DNA from: Eledone cirrhosa
Taxonomy: Eukaryota
Assembly (NCBI GenBank): GCA_964016885.1
Contig: OZ024743.1
Span: 290,594,001 to 290,658,000, forward strand
DNA length: 64,000 nucleotides
Reading direction: 5' to 3'
Part shown: positions 13,317 to 28,676 of the stretch, piece after piece
Position numbering within the stretch: position 1 is the first letter of the stretch
Layout: every line of letters begins with the position of its first letter
Position numbers and translations under genes: made by a program
Notes under the pieces: generated by a model
What the model saw: only the letters and a program-made list of their open reading frames with translations
Told to the model about the DNA's origin: nothing
The model's database searches: none

Positions 13317-14500
13317 TAATATATATTTTAGAAATTAATATATAAATTAATTTTAATGTAGTTAACCTATAATTTTAATTTAATTAAAATTCTACTACAG
13401 ATGAAATTAAAAAATATCGTATAATCATAAACTGTGAAAAACATTTAAATATTATTAACCTAATTAATATATACTGTGAAAAACATTTAAATATTATTAA
13501 CCTAATTAATATATACTTTGGAAATTAATATATAGATTAATTTTAGTTTATTTAACCTATTATTAAAAGTTTTTTACAGATGAAATACAACACAATATCG
13601 TGTAATTAAAAACGGAGAAATACTTTTTAATATTATAAACCTAATTAATATACAATTTAGAAATTAATATATAAATTAATTTTAAATTAGTTAACCTATA
13701 ATTTTAATTTAGTTAGCTCATAATTAAAATTCTAATACAGATGAAATGCAGAATATCGTATAATCATAAACTGAGAAAAACTTTTAAATATATACCTAAT
13801 TAATATACACTTTACAAATTAATATATAGATTAATTTTAATTTAGTTAACCTATAATCAAAATTCTACTATAGATAAAATACAAAATTTTGCTTTAATTA
13901 TTATAAACCTAATTAACATATACTATAGCAATTAACATATCATTTTTAATTTAGTTAACCTATAATTAATAATCTACTACCGATGAAATACTTAATTTGG
14001 CTTTCCCTATTACAAAATTCATTTCCTAAAATTGATACCATCATATAAATATATGTAATTATTTTTAATTTAGTTATGCTATAATTAATACTCTACTACT
14101 GTTTAACTTCAAAATTCCGCTTTAAATATTATAAACCTAATTAGTATACACCTTAGAAATTAATATATTAACTATTTTTATTTTGGTTAACCTATAATTA
14201 ATATTCTAGTTATATTAAAATACATAATTTTTCCCTCTTACAAAATTCATTTCCTAAAATTGATACCATCATGTAAATATTTGTAATTATTTTTAATTTA
14301 GTTATGCTATAATTAATACTCTACTACTGTTTAACTTCAAAATTCCGCTTTAAATATTATAAACCTAATTAGTATACACCTTAAAAATTAATATATTAAC
14401 TATTTTTATTTTAGTTAACCTATAATTAATATTCTACTTATATTAAAATACATAATTTAGCCTTCCTTCTTACAAATACCATTTCCTAAAACTGATACCA
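13262..14500 (+). repeat. AT-rich minisatellite (~120-180 bp unit) seeded from the last codons of the ORF; mirrored at ~9000-9970
   Basis: atatcgt(g/a)taat(c/t)ataaactgagaaaaa..attataaacctaattaat recurs at ~13263, 13414, 13595 and 13753, then in more decayed form. Confidence 0.85.
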
Positions 14501-14911
14501 CTATGTAAACACATATAATGATTTAACTGCAGATTAATATTCTATGTTCCTTGAAACCTATATATTTACTATTTCCCACAAATAATTTTAATCCCCCCCC
14601 CAATAATTATTTGTATTTGTAAGCGTGGATGTGTGTATGTGTATGTAAGTGTGTATGTATGTTTGTGTGTTTGTATGTGAGTATAAAAATACATATGTGC
14701 GCATGTATATGTGTGTGTATGTGTATATATATATATATGTATATATATGTGTATGTATGTATGTGTATGTATATGTATGTGTAGAGATGTGTGTATGTAT
14801 CTGTATATATGTGTATATGTGTCTGACTGTGTATATATATATATATGTGTGTGTATGTCTCTATATATATGTATGTCTGAGTGTGTGTGGTTGTGTATAT
14901 ATACATGGGTA

Positions 14912-14944
<33 letters not shown>

Positions 14945-15465
14945 GTGTATATATATGTATGTGTATGTGTATATATATATATGGGTGTGTATTTATATGT
15001 ATGGGTATATGTTTTACTTATTTTTATGTGTGTGCATACAAAAAGGTCAATATGCGTGAGGTTAAGTATGTGTATGTGTGTGTGTGTACGTATGTATGTA
15101 TCGAACGTATGGATGTGTAAATGTGCGTATGTATATAAGCATGTATAATTTATGTCTCTCTTTTATGTTTTTTTATATTTCTTTTGTGAGACATTCGTGT
15201 CTGTGTATGTACGCCCCCCCTTTTGTTTGTCTTTTTTTGTTACCTTTTTTTTGTTTTTTCCTTCTATACAATTTTTGTTTCATTTCTAATTTTATTGATA
15301 CATTTTTATAAGTATGTCGAGATTGACACTTTCCTTTAATTACTATACTCCCTTACCTCTTTTACTTCCGCATCTAAATGTAAGTGTGTGTGGGCGTGTT
15401 TATGTGAGCGCCTCAATATCCATATATGTATAATAATAATATATGTATATATATATGTGTATATA

Positions 15466-15526
<61 letters not shown>

Positions 15527-15804
15527 TGTCTGTAGATTATAGACATAGAGATACATTAGCCCTAAATTTTTATATTTACATACACTTTTTCAACATACGT
15601 ATACATATGAGCATACACTTTTATGCACATCTGTGAGCGTATTTACATACATATATACACACACCTAACTGTATTTTCTTGATAAATTTTTATGTATCTC
15701 AATCCTTATTTCATTGGTCTATTTAAAATCTGTTCCCAAACAGACCTGTTATTTTGAATTGTTGTTATTATCAATAAACAAGCATCATTATTTCTGAAGA
15801 CAGC

Positions 15805-15979
15805 TTGGCAGTATCGGTAGAGGGTCGGACGCCATGCTTTCCAGCATAGTTACGTCCCTTTACGATCTGAGTTCAAATCCCGCCGAGGTTGACTTTGCCT
15901 TTCATCCTTACGGGGTCGATAAAATAAAGTACCAGTAATGAACTGGGTATTTGCTGGCCTTGTGCCTAAAGTAGAAACA
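15805..15979 (+). mobile_element. MetaSINE-like SINE with 18-bp TSD
   Basis: TSD attatttctgaagacagc at 15787-15804 and 15980-15997; the empty site is in the mirror arm near 7625-7640. Confidence 0.95.
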
Positions 15980-16312
15980 ATTATTTCTGAAGACAGCATA
16001 TATATGTGAAGGTATGTACATTCTCTCTGATAGTTTGTATAATTTTGTACATAGATCTTTTGAATATGCATACCAATTCTAACACATATATGTCCTAGAA
16101 ACGATCGTAAAATAATGAACTTTTTTTGTTTAATATAAGGAACTGTTTCTTTGTTTATTCATTACTTTTTTAATAATTTATCTTCACTCTGTATTCCGTT
16201 TATCTTTCACCGAAAATGATTTTTGAATGCATCTCTTCTTTTCATGATATCCGGATTACATTGAGTTCTTCATACGGATTGGACACTACCGTAAACTTTT
16301 GGTAGATTTATC

Positions 16313-19878
<3,566 letters not shown>

Positions 19879-19881
19879 TGA

Positions 19882-20130
19882 TAATTGTTTCTACTTTTGA
19901 CACAAGGCCAGCATTTATTTTTTTCAGTGTATTACTGGTACCTTATCTTATCGATCCCGTAAGGATGAAAGGCAAAGTTAACCTCGGCGGGATTTGAACT
20001 TGGGTAATAAAGGGCCGTAACACTTTGCTGCAGAGCATGGTGTCCTACCCTCTACCAATACTGCCAATCCATAATTGTTTCTACTTTTGGCACAAGGCCA
20101 GCAATTATCACAGTGTATTACTGGTACTTT
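19882..20130 (-). mobile_element. MetaSINE-like SINE (19882-20070) plus a second 3' fragment (20072-20130)
   Basis: Reverse complement of the 919-1103 family. Confidence 0.88.
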
Positions 20131-20253
20131 GTTTGCATCATTACATCATTGCGAACGAAGCATAAATTATTATATATATAGGCTCTGATACCATCAAGGC
20201 TCTGATACCATCAACACTATACACACAGAGCTGGCATATCTAAGAACTGACTA

Positions 20254-20309
20254 ATTGCCTGATGAGGTCATAGCCATTCAATGGCTATCATCGAAATATA
20301 TATAGCAGT
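20254..20309 (+). ncRNA. complete minimal type I hammerhead followed by AATAAA
   Basis: attgc-CTGATGA-ggtcatagcca ttcaa tggctatcatc-GAAA-tatata-TA-gcagt, then aataaa at 20311. Confidence 0.85.
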
Positions 20310-20350
20310 AAATAAAGGATTATGAGTCCATGCAACTGACTTATGTTTCG

Positions 20351-20404
<54 letters not shown>

Positions 20405-20829
20405 GAATGGAAATCGAAAAATCGATGATGCATCGGAACTTATTGTGTGTTACAATTGTTTCCCCGGCGAACAGCTCGAGGTGCGATCCATGTGTGGATC
20501 TACCTGACTCTAGTCTCGCAGCTTCCTCGGACACATCTATTGATTTCGGATCATATCCTCATATCCGTCGCAGAACGTTACCTCACTCTCATTAATTATA
20601 TCCACACATTTTTACACAGCAACATCAAATTTGATAGGATGGGAACAGGAATACTACTACACCCATATACGCATATATATATATACATATATATATATAG
20701 AATATTTTAGTATCATGAGAGAGTGGACGTTTAAAGGGATAAGCGATACATATAGTTAATTACCAAAAGCTGGTGCATGTGTGCTCAATACTTGTGCCTA
20801 CATGGTGAAATATCGTAAGCGTTAATATT

Positions 20830-21545
20830 TAGCGGGCGAGAATATAAGCAGAGCGGTTACAAATGAAAGGATTACAAAGTAATACATGTTCTAAGAATAC
20901 ATACTCTTAGAACATGTTTATACAAAAGCACGTTTCGCCCGAACAGGCTTGTCAAGGGCACACACATTTAGAGAGTGTTCAGTACAGAACCCAGAAGGGA
21001 TTTTAAAGTGATAGTCACATCAAAGTTCATTCTTGATTCAAACAGAGATGTTGTTATTGTGACAGAGCAAAGGGAATAACTCTGGCCGGAGTTTGAATAA
21101 ATGTCCCCAAATTGCTTATTATCCGTTCGCATGATGGTTGTTTTCCTTTTCTATTTAATGGATGCTACTTTACGCTTGCTCGGTCAGGCCGGATCTGAGA
21201 GGCATAGTTGGTGTACAGATGTTTAGTTAAGCACTCTTCCCACCGGCGCATTATGGTTTGGTGCAGGGGGACTCAGTTCATGGTGTTCAGGTCTCAACCA
21301 TAGAATGACTGCTATATTCTGTGTTTGCAGTTTATCACAGACTTTGCTCTGCTGTTGATGAGCTATAGGGGTGTTCTTACGATATGGTAAAGTTCGATGA
21401 GGCAGAGCTCGCACTTCCTCTTGAAGTTGGTCGGTGTTGCCCTGCTGACAATATCCCAGTATGTGGAGAAGCTAATTTTGGAGTCTTTTAAAGTTGTGAT
21501 GTAGTTGGCGAGTGATGTGGAATATCTTAGCTTCTTGGGAAGTAT
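20830..21545 (-). mobile_element. 5'-truncated Naiad-type PLE (EN end + 3' UTR)
   Basis: TSLANYITTLKD..WDIVSRATP..CELCLIE; HHR-like TTGACAA-gcc..ggc-GAAA near 20930-20955. The 3' boundary is approximate. Confidence 0.65.
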
Positions 21546-21971
21546 CTTAGCTTCTTGGGAAGTGTGGTAAGGAACCATGTGGAACATAACCCACCAAAGT
21601 ACTCAATACTTTCGTTAGTAGAGTGGGTAATAGCAACATGTTCAAGACCCCGACGGTAGATCTCAAGCCGTATCGACGGCTATTTCTGGCCATTTTCCGA
21701 CCCCTTGTAATGGTAATGGAAAATATCTTTTCCATTGCTATTACAAGGGATGTGGCGAGCCGCGGATTACAAAGTCGGGTTAGAACGATGCAGATCGAAC
21801 CTTGAGCTGTTCGGTGGTGAAACGCGTGTCACCAACTAGTGGACATAATGAGGGAGTAACCAATCGTCCTTGTTATATATATATATCCACCAGCGTATAT
21901 ACACACACATACATATACCCTCGCAAACATATGCAGTCATCAGGCCTACTCCCATACATACATATACACAC

Positions 21972-22058
<87 letters not shown>

Positions 22059-22061
<3 letters not shown>

Positions 22062-22135
22062 TCATTCATGATAAATTATCAGGAAGGTGATTTCTCATGA
22101 ATGAAACAGTTCTAGTCCGACTCAACCCGGAATAA

Positions 22136-22138
<3 letters not shown>
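22059..22138. mobile_element. head-to-head HHR palindrome family, copy 3 (internally deleted)
   Basis: gtttcattcatga..attatcaggaagg / tgatttctcatgaatgaaacagttctagtcc..caacccggaataac. Confidence 0.7.
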
Positions 22139-22179
<41 letters not shown>

Positions 22180-22180
<1 letters not shown>

Positions 22181-23170
22181 ATAATATTAAATTTGAAGAC
22201 TAAAATCCAAAGAGGGCCCGATAAGGATAAATATATATCAAATATATAAGAACCGTAGAGCCAAGATTTATTAAAATAACAGATTAAAGTTGAAGCAAAG
22301 AATCGCTGCTTTCACCCTTAACGGGATCTTCTGAAATTAACAAAGTCAATCTGTAAACGCAGAAGTGGATATTTCAAAAAACGTGGCAACCGGAGGAAGA
22401 CAGGAGGACGATACTTTGGTTCGTGGAAACGTTCCCTTCACAAAACATACAGGTAATATATACTTACCTATGCACATAAGTAATGGTATATACATAACAT
22501 ATACTTAGCTACCAGATCAAGGCGTAAAATATCCACGTATAGATCGTACTATCCGATAGGGTATAATGTGGGGGTGTAATACAAGAAAGTTTTGTGCAAT
22601 TTATTTTTACAAGCCGAAATTGCCTCATATTTTTTGTTTAAGATGTGGTCTTTGGAGTTGAGTATTTCCAGGGCCTCAGCGCCGCAGAGGTCACATGGTC
22701 TTTTATTTCCGTTATTCGATCTAGCCCTAGCTAGGATCTCCCAGTGTAACTTATATTGGGTGTGGTTGTCCTTTAGACTCCAGATATAAGCTGAAAGTGA
22801 CGTCATATTCCTTCTTAGAGGGTAACGAAAAGAATGGGTATGCATGTGAAGACGCTGCTTGAATCTATTGGCGGTTAACTCTATGTAGGGCCTACTGGGC
22901 GTGGGTGTTTCAACCTTACATTTGTAGACAATGTTACTAGAGAGGTATTTCCCGGGTAGGGGGGCAATCAACCCGATTCCTACAATTACAGTTAGTACTA
23001 ATTACAGGGTTGCACGTGTTCCTACGGCTAGGTAGTTTAGCTAAATTTGAAGCTGTGATGTTATGTGCAACGTTAGGAATCGTTGTGTAAGAAATGTTAA
23101 TAGTATTTCTATGAAAAATGTTACTATATTTATGTGTAGGGGGAAAATGCTTCGTAATAAGGGATAGCAT
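22180..23170 (-). mobile_element. 5'-truncated Naiad-type PLE (GIY-YIG region + 3' UTR)
   Basis: KHFPPTHKYSNIFHRNTINISY, CNCRNRVDCP, IVYKC, FKQR, CDLC, ISACKNK; decayed HHR near 22300-22335. Confidence 0.8.
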
Positions 23171-23427
23171 AAGGGATATATATATATATATACATATATA
23201 TACATCCACACAGACACACATGTATATATGTACACATATAATATACACATACACACACACGTATGAAAAGAAACTGTACAAAACTACTTGGAAAGTACAT
23301 AGAATCATGCATATGATGGTGTACATCAGGGAGTTCACAAATACAATTTACGTGAAGAAATGCGTAAAAAATACGTAAAACATAGAAAAAAAGCGTAGAG
23401 GGAATACGTCAAAGAATACACGCAACA

Positions 23428-23535
23428 ACTTCTACAGGACTAGAACTATTATATTCGGGAGAAATCATCAGGTGCTCCTGTTGATTTCTCCCGAATGAAA
23501 CAATTCTAGTCCTGTAGAAGTCTTTCTATATTAAA
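23428..23535. mobile_element. head-to-head HHR palindrome family, copy 4
   Basis: acttctacaggactagaac..gggagaaatcatcagg tgct cctgttgatttctcccgaatgaaacaattctagtcctgtagaagt. Confidence 0.8.
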
Positions 23536-23559
23536 TATATATATATAACTTAACTTTGA

Positions 23560-24700
23560 TATCTTTGATAGGTTTCGGCCAGTATTGGCTCCACCCGGTG
23601 TAATAGCTCCACCCGGTGAAGTCTTTCAAATCAGGATTTGGATGCCATGGTCCACTCGTGAAGAGAGTTATTGTTTACGGAGACATATCCGGGTGAAGGA
23701 GGTGTATACGGCATTCCTTAAAGCAATTTGTCTAAAGACTTCTTGAATTCTATGGAGTCTGTTTCCGTTTTAATATGTTTGGGTGTAATGTTAAAGAGAG
23801 CGTGGCCAATTGAGGTGAAATAATTGTGCCGTATTGCTGTTATGAGATGTGCGAGTTTGATTTTTGTCGTGGGCGGATTGCACGGGGCCCAAGCCTTGGC
23901 TGTACCTTAAAGGTGATGCCAACATTATTTGACCAAGCTGATGGAATATTTTCCACATCATGCAGATAATGTAGCATTCACGGTGACCTTGGAGAGAATA
24001 AAGGTTGGGCTTTTCTAGTCGACTCCAATGGTCAAGGCTTGCCATGCCCTCTATCCTTTTTTGTAATTGACCTTTCTGGTCTTCAACTTTCATGATACTC
24101 AGTTTCCTGTGTGTCAACAACAGTAGACAACAATATTCAAAATTGGGTCGGTCAAAGCGGAGAAGAGAAGGAAAACAATGAGGATATCTCTGGACTTGTG
24201 GGTTCTGAGAATTCAGGAACACATTCTGCGGGCTATGTCACCTTTGCTGTTTATAATTGTGGCCCAGCCTATGTTATTCTCCACAGTTACTCCCAAGTCT
24301 CTGATGTTGGATGCCACGAAAGTTTCAACAGTATGGGAGTTTCAGGGCATTTTCTTTTAGAAAGTGGATTAACTCAAATTTATCCTCGTTCAGCAGCATA
24401 TTGTTCTTTTCCGCCCATTGGATAACAGACAGTAGGTCTGACTGAAGGCATGTCCGGTCACCCGCTTCATTGATGACATCTGCAGCTTGGAAATATTCTT
24501 ATGTTGATGGGCTTGATGATGTCAGTAATGTCATTAATGTATTGTAGATGATGAAAAGAAGTGAGCCCAACACAGTGCCGTGCGGGACGCCACTGCTGAG
24601 TTAGGCTGGGCTTAATTTTACTCCTTCAACTACAACATGTTGGCCTCTGTCTGACAGGAAACACTTGAGTAGTAACTTTCCAGAGACACCAATGTTGGCT
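23560..24700 (-). mobile_element. 5'-truncated decayed CR1/L2-group LINE (RT 3' half)
   Basis: Minus-strand translation FLSDRGQHVVVEG..SGVPHGTVLGS and NLYSLQ..YIICMMWKI. Confidence 0.75.
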
Positions 24701-24928
24701 ATATATATATATTTACTTACACCTATACCTTATATAATATTATGCATGCCATTATACAGGTTTATATAAAGTAAAATTGTGACTCTATGTGCGTATATGC
24801 GAGAGTGCGTGAGTGAGCCTGTAACGCTTTGCTAGTTTACATGTTTGAAGTAACATTCTTTAATGATATATATCTCTTAATATTTTTCGAATCAATAACT
24901 TATTAATTAAAAGTCTATTAAGCATTTA

Positions 24929-25016
<88 letters not shown>

Positions 25017-27166
25017 TAAATGCTTAATATATATATATATATATATAAATTTTACTCATCAATACCCCCAGTTAAATTTTCCTACAGATTTCTACATACA
25101 TTACTTTTTTTATTTTTTGTATTTATATAATTTCTACTATCTTCTGTAATTTATTTTTGAAAATAATTCTCTGTCAACACTATAAAAATTTATTATTTTT
25201 TTTAATCCACTATGTTTTGAATGTTTCCTTCTCCGACGTGTTTTCTGTTTTAGTTTATAATTTTATGAACATAAATGAAAAGATTAAAAGTTTCTTATTT
25301 ATTTATGAATATATTCTATTTCTGTATTTTTTACTAGTTTCCTCACCATTGATTTATTCATGTAGACATTTTTTTAAAATCATATATTTTATTTTGTCTG
25401 CGCTAAAAAGCTATTAAAAATACAGCGATTAAAACTTAATTCGAAATCTCTAAGGAGATTATAATTAATATTTCATATTTTATGCAATTTGTTTGTTTTC
25501 GATTCTTCTATTTTTTTGTATAAACGTGTGTGTTTATGTATGTTTTGGTTGAGAACCTTAGTGTTTTGTTTGATGTATTAGCTACAAAATCATGATGATT
25601 TCCTATATAGACTTGTGTTGATGATGTGTTTTATTTCCATCCATCTTTAGTACAAACCGCATAAATAAAAAGAGGAAAAAGAAAATAAGTAAGCAACGTG
25701 CAAGTAAATAACCGTTACCCACTTCACGAATAGTTTCAGCAATCAACGCCTTTGCAGAATTCTAAACTGCAAACCCTTTTTCATGTGAAGAAAGGAAGTA
25801 TATCTTTGCAGGGTGATGATAAAAGAATTAAAATTACCTCAACCGTATATCATTCCTAACGATTAAGGAACGCGTGCTGAAGAAGAGATAAGTTCTATAT
25901 TGTTGGACATTTAGCTCTTAGATTTCTGTAAATGACCTGTAGATAGTAAACGAGAAACCTACTAATGTCATATCAAGCATAACACATTGAAATATCGCTG
26001 AGCCGTTTGGAAGGCTAAATAAATAGGTAGTTTCTTCATACTCCGTGGAATTTACAGCGATTAGCCTCAATCGTCTTGTTCGGCAAGAGATTTATGTTAA
26101 TATTTCCTTTGATCAAGTAAGTCGATGACAGGAAGTTGAAAGAGGGATAAAGACACAGAAAGAGTGAGAGAGACGAAATAGAAAAGGAAAGGTTTGGAGG
26201 TATGAGGTTGTAAGTATTAATCGATTGCATATGCTTCATCAAGGATGTGTTGATAAGCCAGCTATAACAACATATTTCTTACTATAAAGGAAACAAAAAA
26301 ATATTGAAATGACTCATACCCTGTGATGGATATTCATATTTCTCTCCCTGCCACCATCCACTTACACATCACAATTTCACCCCGACCACCACCATTTCAT
26401 AATCCATACAGCAATAGCTATATTGCACCTTCACTCGTCAATGATAATGTTAACTTGTTCACTGCAGCTAGAGATCAAACCGTAGATACGTCATTCTTTC
26501 GAATAAACGAACTATCATTAAAGGGTTACTTTCATCGAATGCTTTTTCGATAATCCTTTAATAAATAAGAATCGGTGGTAAATTCTTGTAGGTTCCTCAT
26601 AAAAATTATTTTGATGCTAAGGCTTCTATCAGTAACTCTAGAACATTAATAATGTAATTTATGTGGCGTATATAGATATATATGCAAATATAAACACGCA
26701 GTCGCACTTATAGATATATGCATAAACACACACATACGGACAGACGCACACACTCACACACACATACACACGCACCCATATACATATATATATATATATG
26801 CACTCACAGTCATATACATATATATATATATATTCACACATACACATATATACAAATTCATACACCTATATGTGTGTGTATATATGAGTGTATGTGTGTG
26901 GGGTGAGGATGGCTGTCTGCGTGTGTTTGTGTGTTTGACTATGGAAGAAAGATATGAAAAGTAATACAATATTTGAAAACTATTTCCATTATCGGAGGGG
27001 AAAAATAAGCTCGTTTTCTGATTGATTTGGTCGAGGGCTGGACGAAGTTTCTGCCTGCCATTTTGTATGATACTTTACATTTTATTTTCAAATTCGGAAG
27101 AGCCTCAACCCGTTTCTCTATTTTTCTTATTTGCTGACATATTTCTTAACATTATAATATATTGCC

Positions 27167-27527
27167 CGTATCGGTAGAGGGTCGGACGCCATGCTTTCCA
27201 GCATAGTTACGTCCCTTAACGATCTGAGTTCAAATCCCGCCGAGGTTGACTTTACCTTTCATCCTTACGGAGTCAATAAAATAAAGTACCAGTAATACAC
27301 TGGGATAATTGCTGGCCTTGTGCCAAAAGTAGAAACAATTATATTATATTAGTATCGGTAGAGAGTCGGACGCTATGCGTTGCAGCAAGTAGTTACGGCC
27401 ATTTATGGTCTGAGTTCAAATCCCGCCGAGATTAACTTTGCCTTTTATCCTGATGGAGTCGATAAAATAAAGTACCAGTAATACCCGGGGAAAATTGCTG
27501 GCCTTTTGCCTAAAGTAGAAACAATTA
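27167..27527 (+). mobile_element. two tandem MetaSINE-like SINE copies (27167-27341, 27351-27527)
   Basis: Both match the 15805-15979 copy. Confidence 0.9.
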
Positions 27528-28203
27528 TATTATATTATGTTACAAGTGGTTGTTTGTTTTTCAGAAATGTTTATTTAACGTTAACATTCCTGTTGTTTTA
27601 GTGAAGGTTGAGGGATGCTAAATAATATTATTCAAAAATATTTAGCGCCTCCCCTTCTTTTACACTATTTCCCTCAAAAGACGTAGTGAGACCAATACGA
27701 CTGGATTCACTATGGTAGAGTATATAATTATCTCTAAAGTTCAAATGAGATGGTTAAAAGTTTTTCTCATCGATCTCTAAGGAAGCATGTATATTTGACA
27801 TGTTTATTCAATACCTGTAGTAATTTATAAACACAATTATACGATCTCGGCTACATCTATTCTTCTTATATACAGACATAGCTCTATCATATACATATAT
27901 GTATGCAAATATTAACAGATGAACAGCACAGTAATATAATACAGGAAAATAACGACATATATTAGTTTAACGCTGGATAGAGAAGGAAAGGTGTCTTGAT
28001 TCAAACGTTAGTCTTTAATCAGAAGATAGATTGAGAAATATAAGAAGATATAGAAAATTTGAAGAGAGCAATTAGATTATGAGAAGTGAAAAATATCTTG
28101 AAAGGAAAGCGCATATATGTTTACTTAGCAATGTGGGATATATATATATATACATCCTCATACAAATATATCAATAATGATAAACCCTTACACACACTCA
28201 CAT

Positions 28204-28234
<31 letters not shown>

Positions 28235-28239
28235 GTATA

Positions 28240-28676
28240 GTTAAAAGAATAGAGGTGTAACACACAAGTTATTATATATTGGTAAACGGAATAGAAAATG
28301 CTGACAAATTGTTCACAGTTGAAAAATGGTTTAATTTGGAATAAAAGAGTATTAGTGATTGTATGGGTTAGTATTCAGTTGTGGTTTTAAGTTTTTAAGT
28401 TTTTACCGGTTGCGCATTTCTAAATGCTTTTCAAAAATAATTTTGAGATAGAGTGTCCGTGCTGTTTGCTCTGATCAGAGCAAACAGCACGGACACTCTA
28501 TCTCAAAATTATTTTTGAAAAGCATTTAGAAATGCGCAACCGGTAAAAACTTAAAAACTTAAAACCACAACTGAATACTAACCCATACAATCACTAATAC
28601 TCTTTTATTCCAAATTAAACCATTTTTCAACTGTGAACAATTTGTCAGCATTTTCTATTCCGTTTACCAATATATA
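28240..28676. repeat. spacerless palindrome (arms ~202 bp, centre 28474/28475) with ~35-bp left tail; probable PLE end
   Basis: Arms are reverse complements around ctgatcag. HHR-like TTGAAAA-gcattt ag aaatgc-GcAA-ccgg-TA at 28515-28545. Confidence 0.85.

Noticed and set aside
15984-16025. CTGAAGA-cagcatatatatgt-GAAG as the family B hammerhead
   Set aside because: GAAA is imperfect and no stem I can be formed; at most a relic.
20180-20213. Two TGGTATCAGAGC motifs on the minus strand resembling an LTR primer-binding site
   Set aside because: This is the plant/fungal tRNAiMet-type PBS, it is opposite in orientation to the nearby HHR, and no LTR or gag-pol is present.
25030-27160. Host exons in this and other unique-looking stretches (e.g. 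35800-37600, 57130-59100)
   Set aside because: No recognisable protein motif or convincing splice-bounded ORF; small exons cannot be excluded without RNA data.
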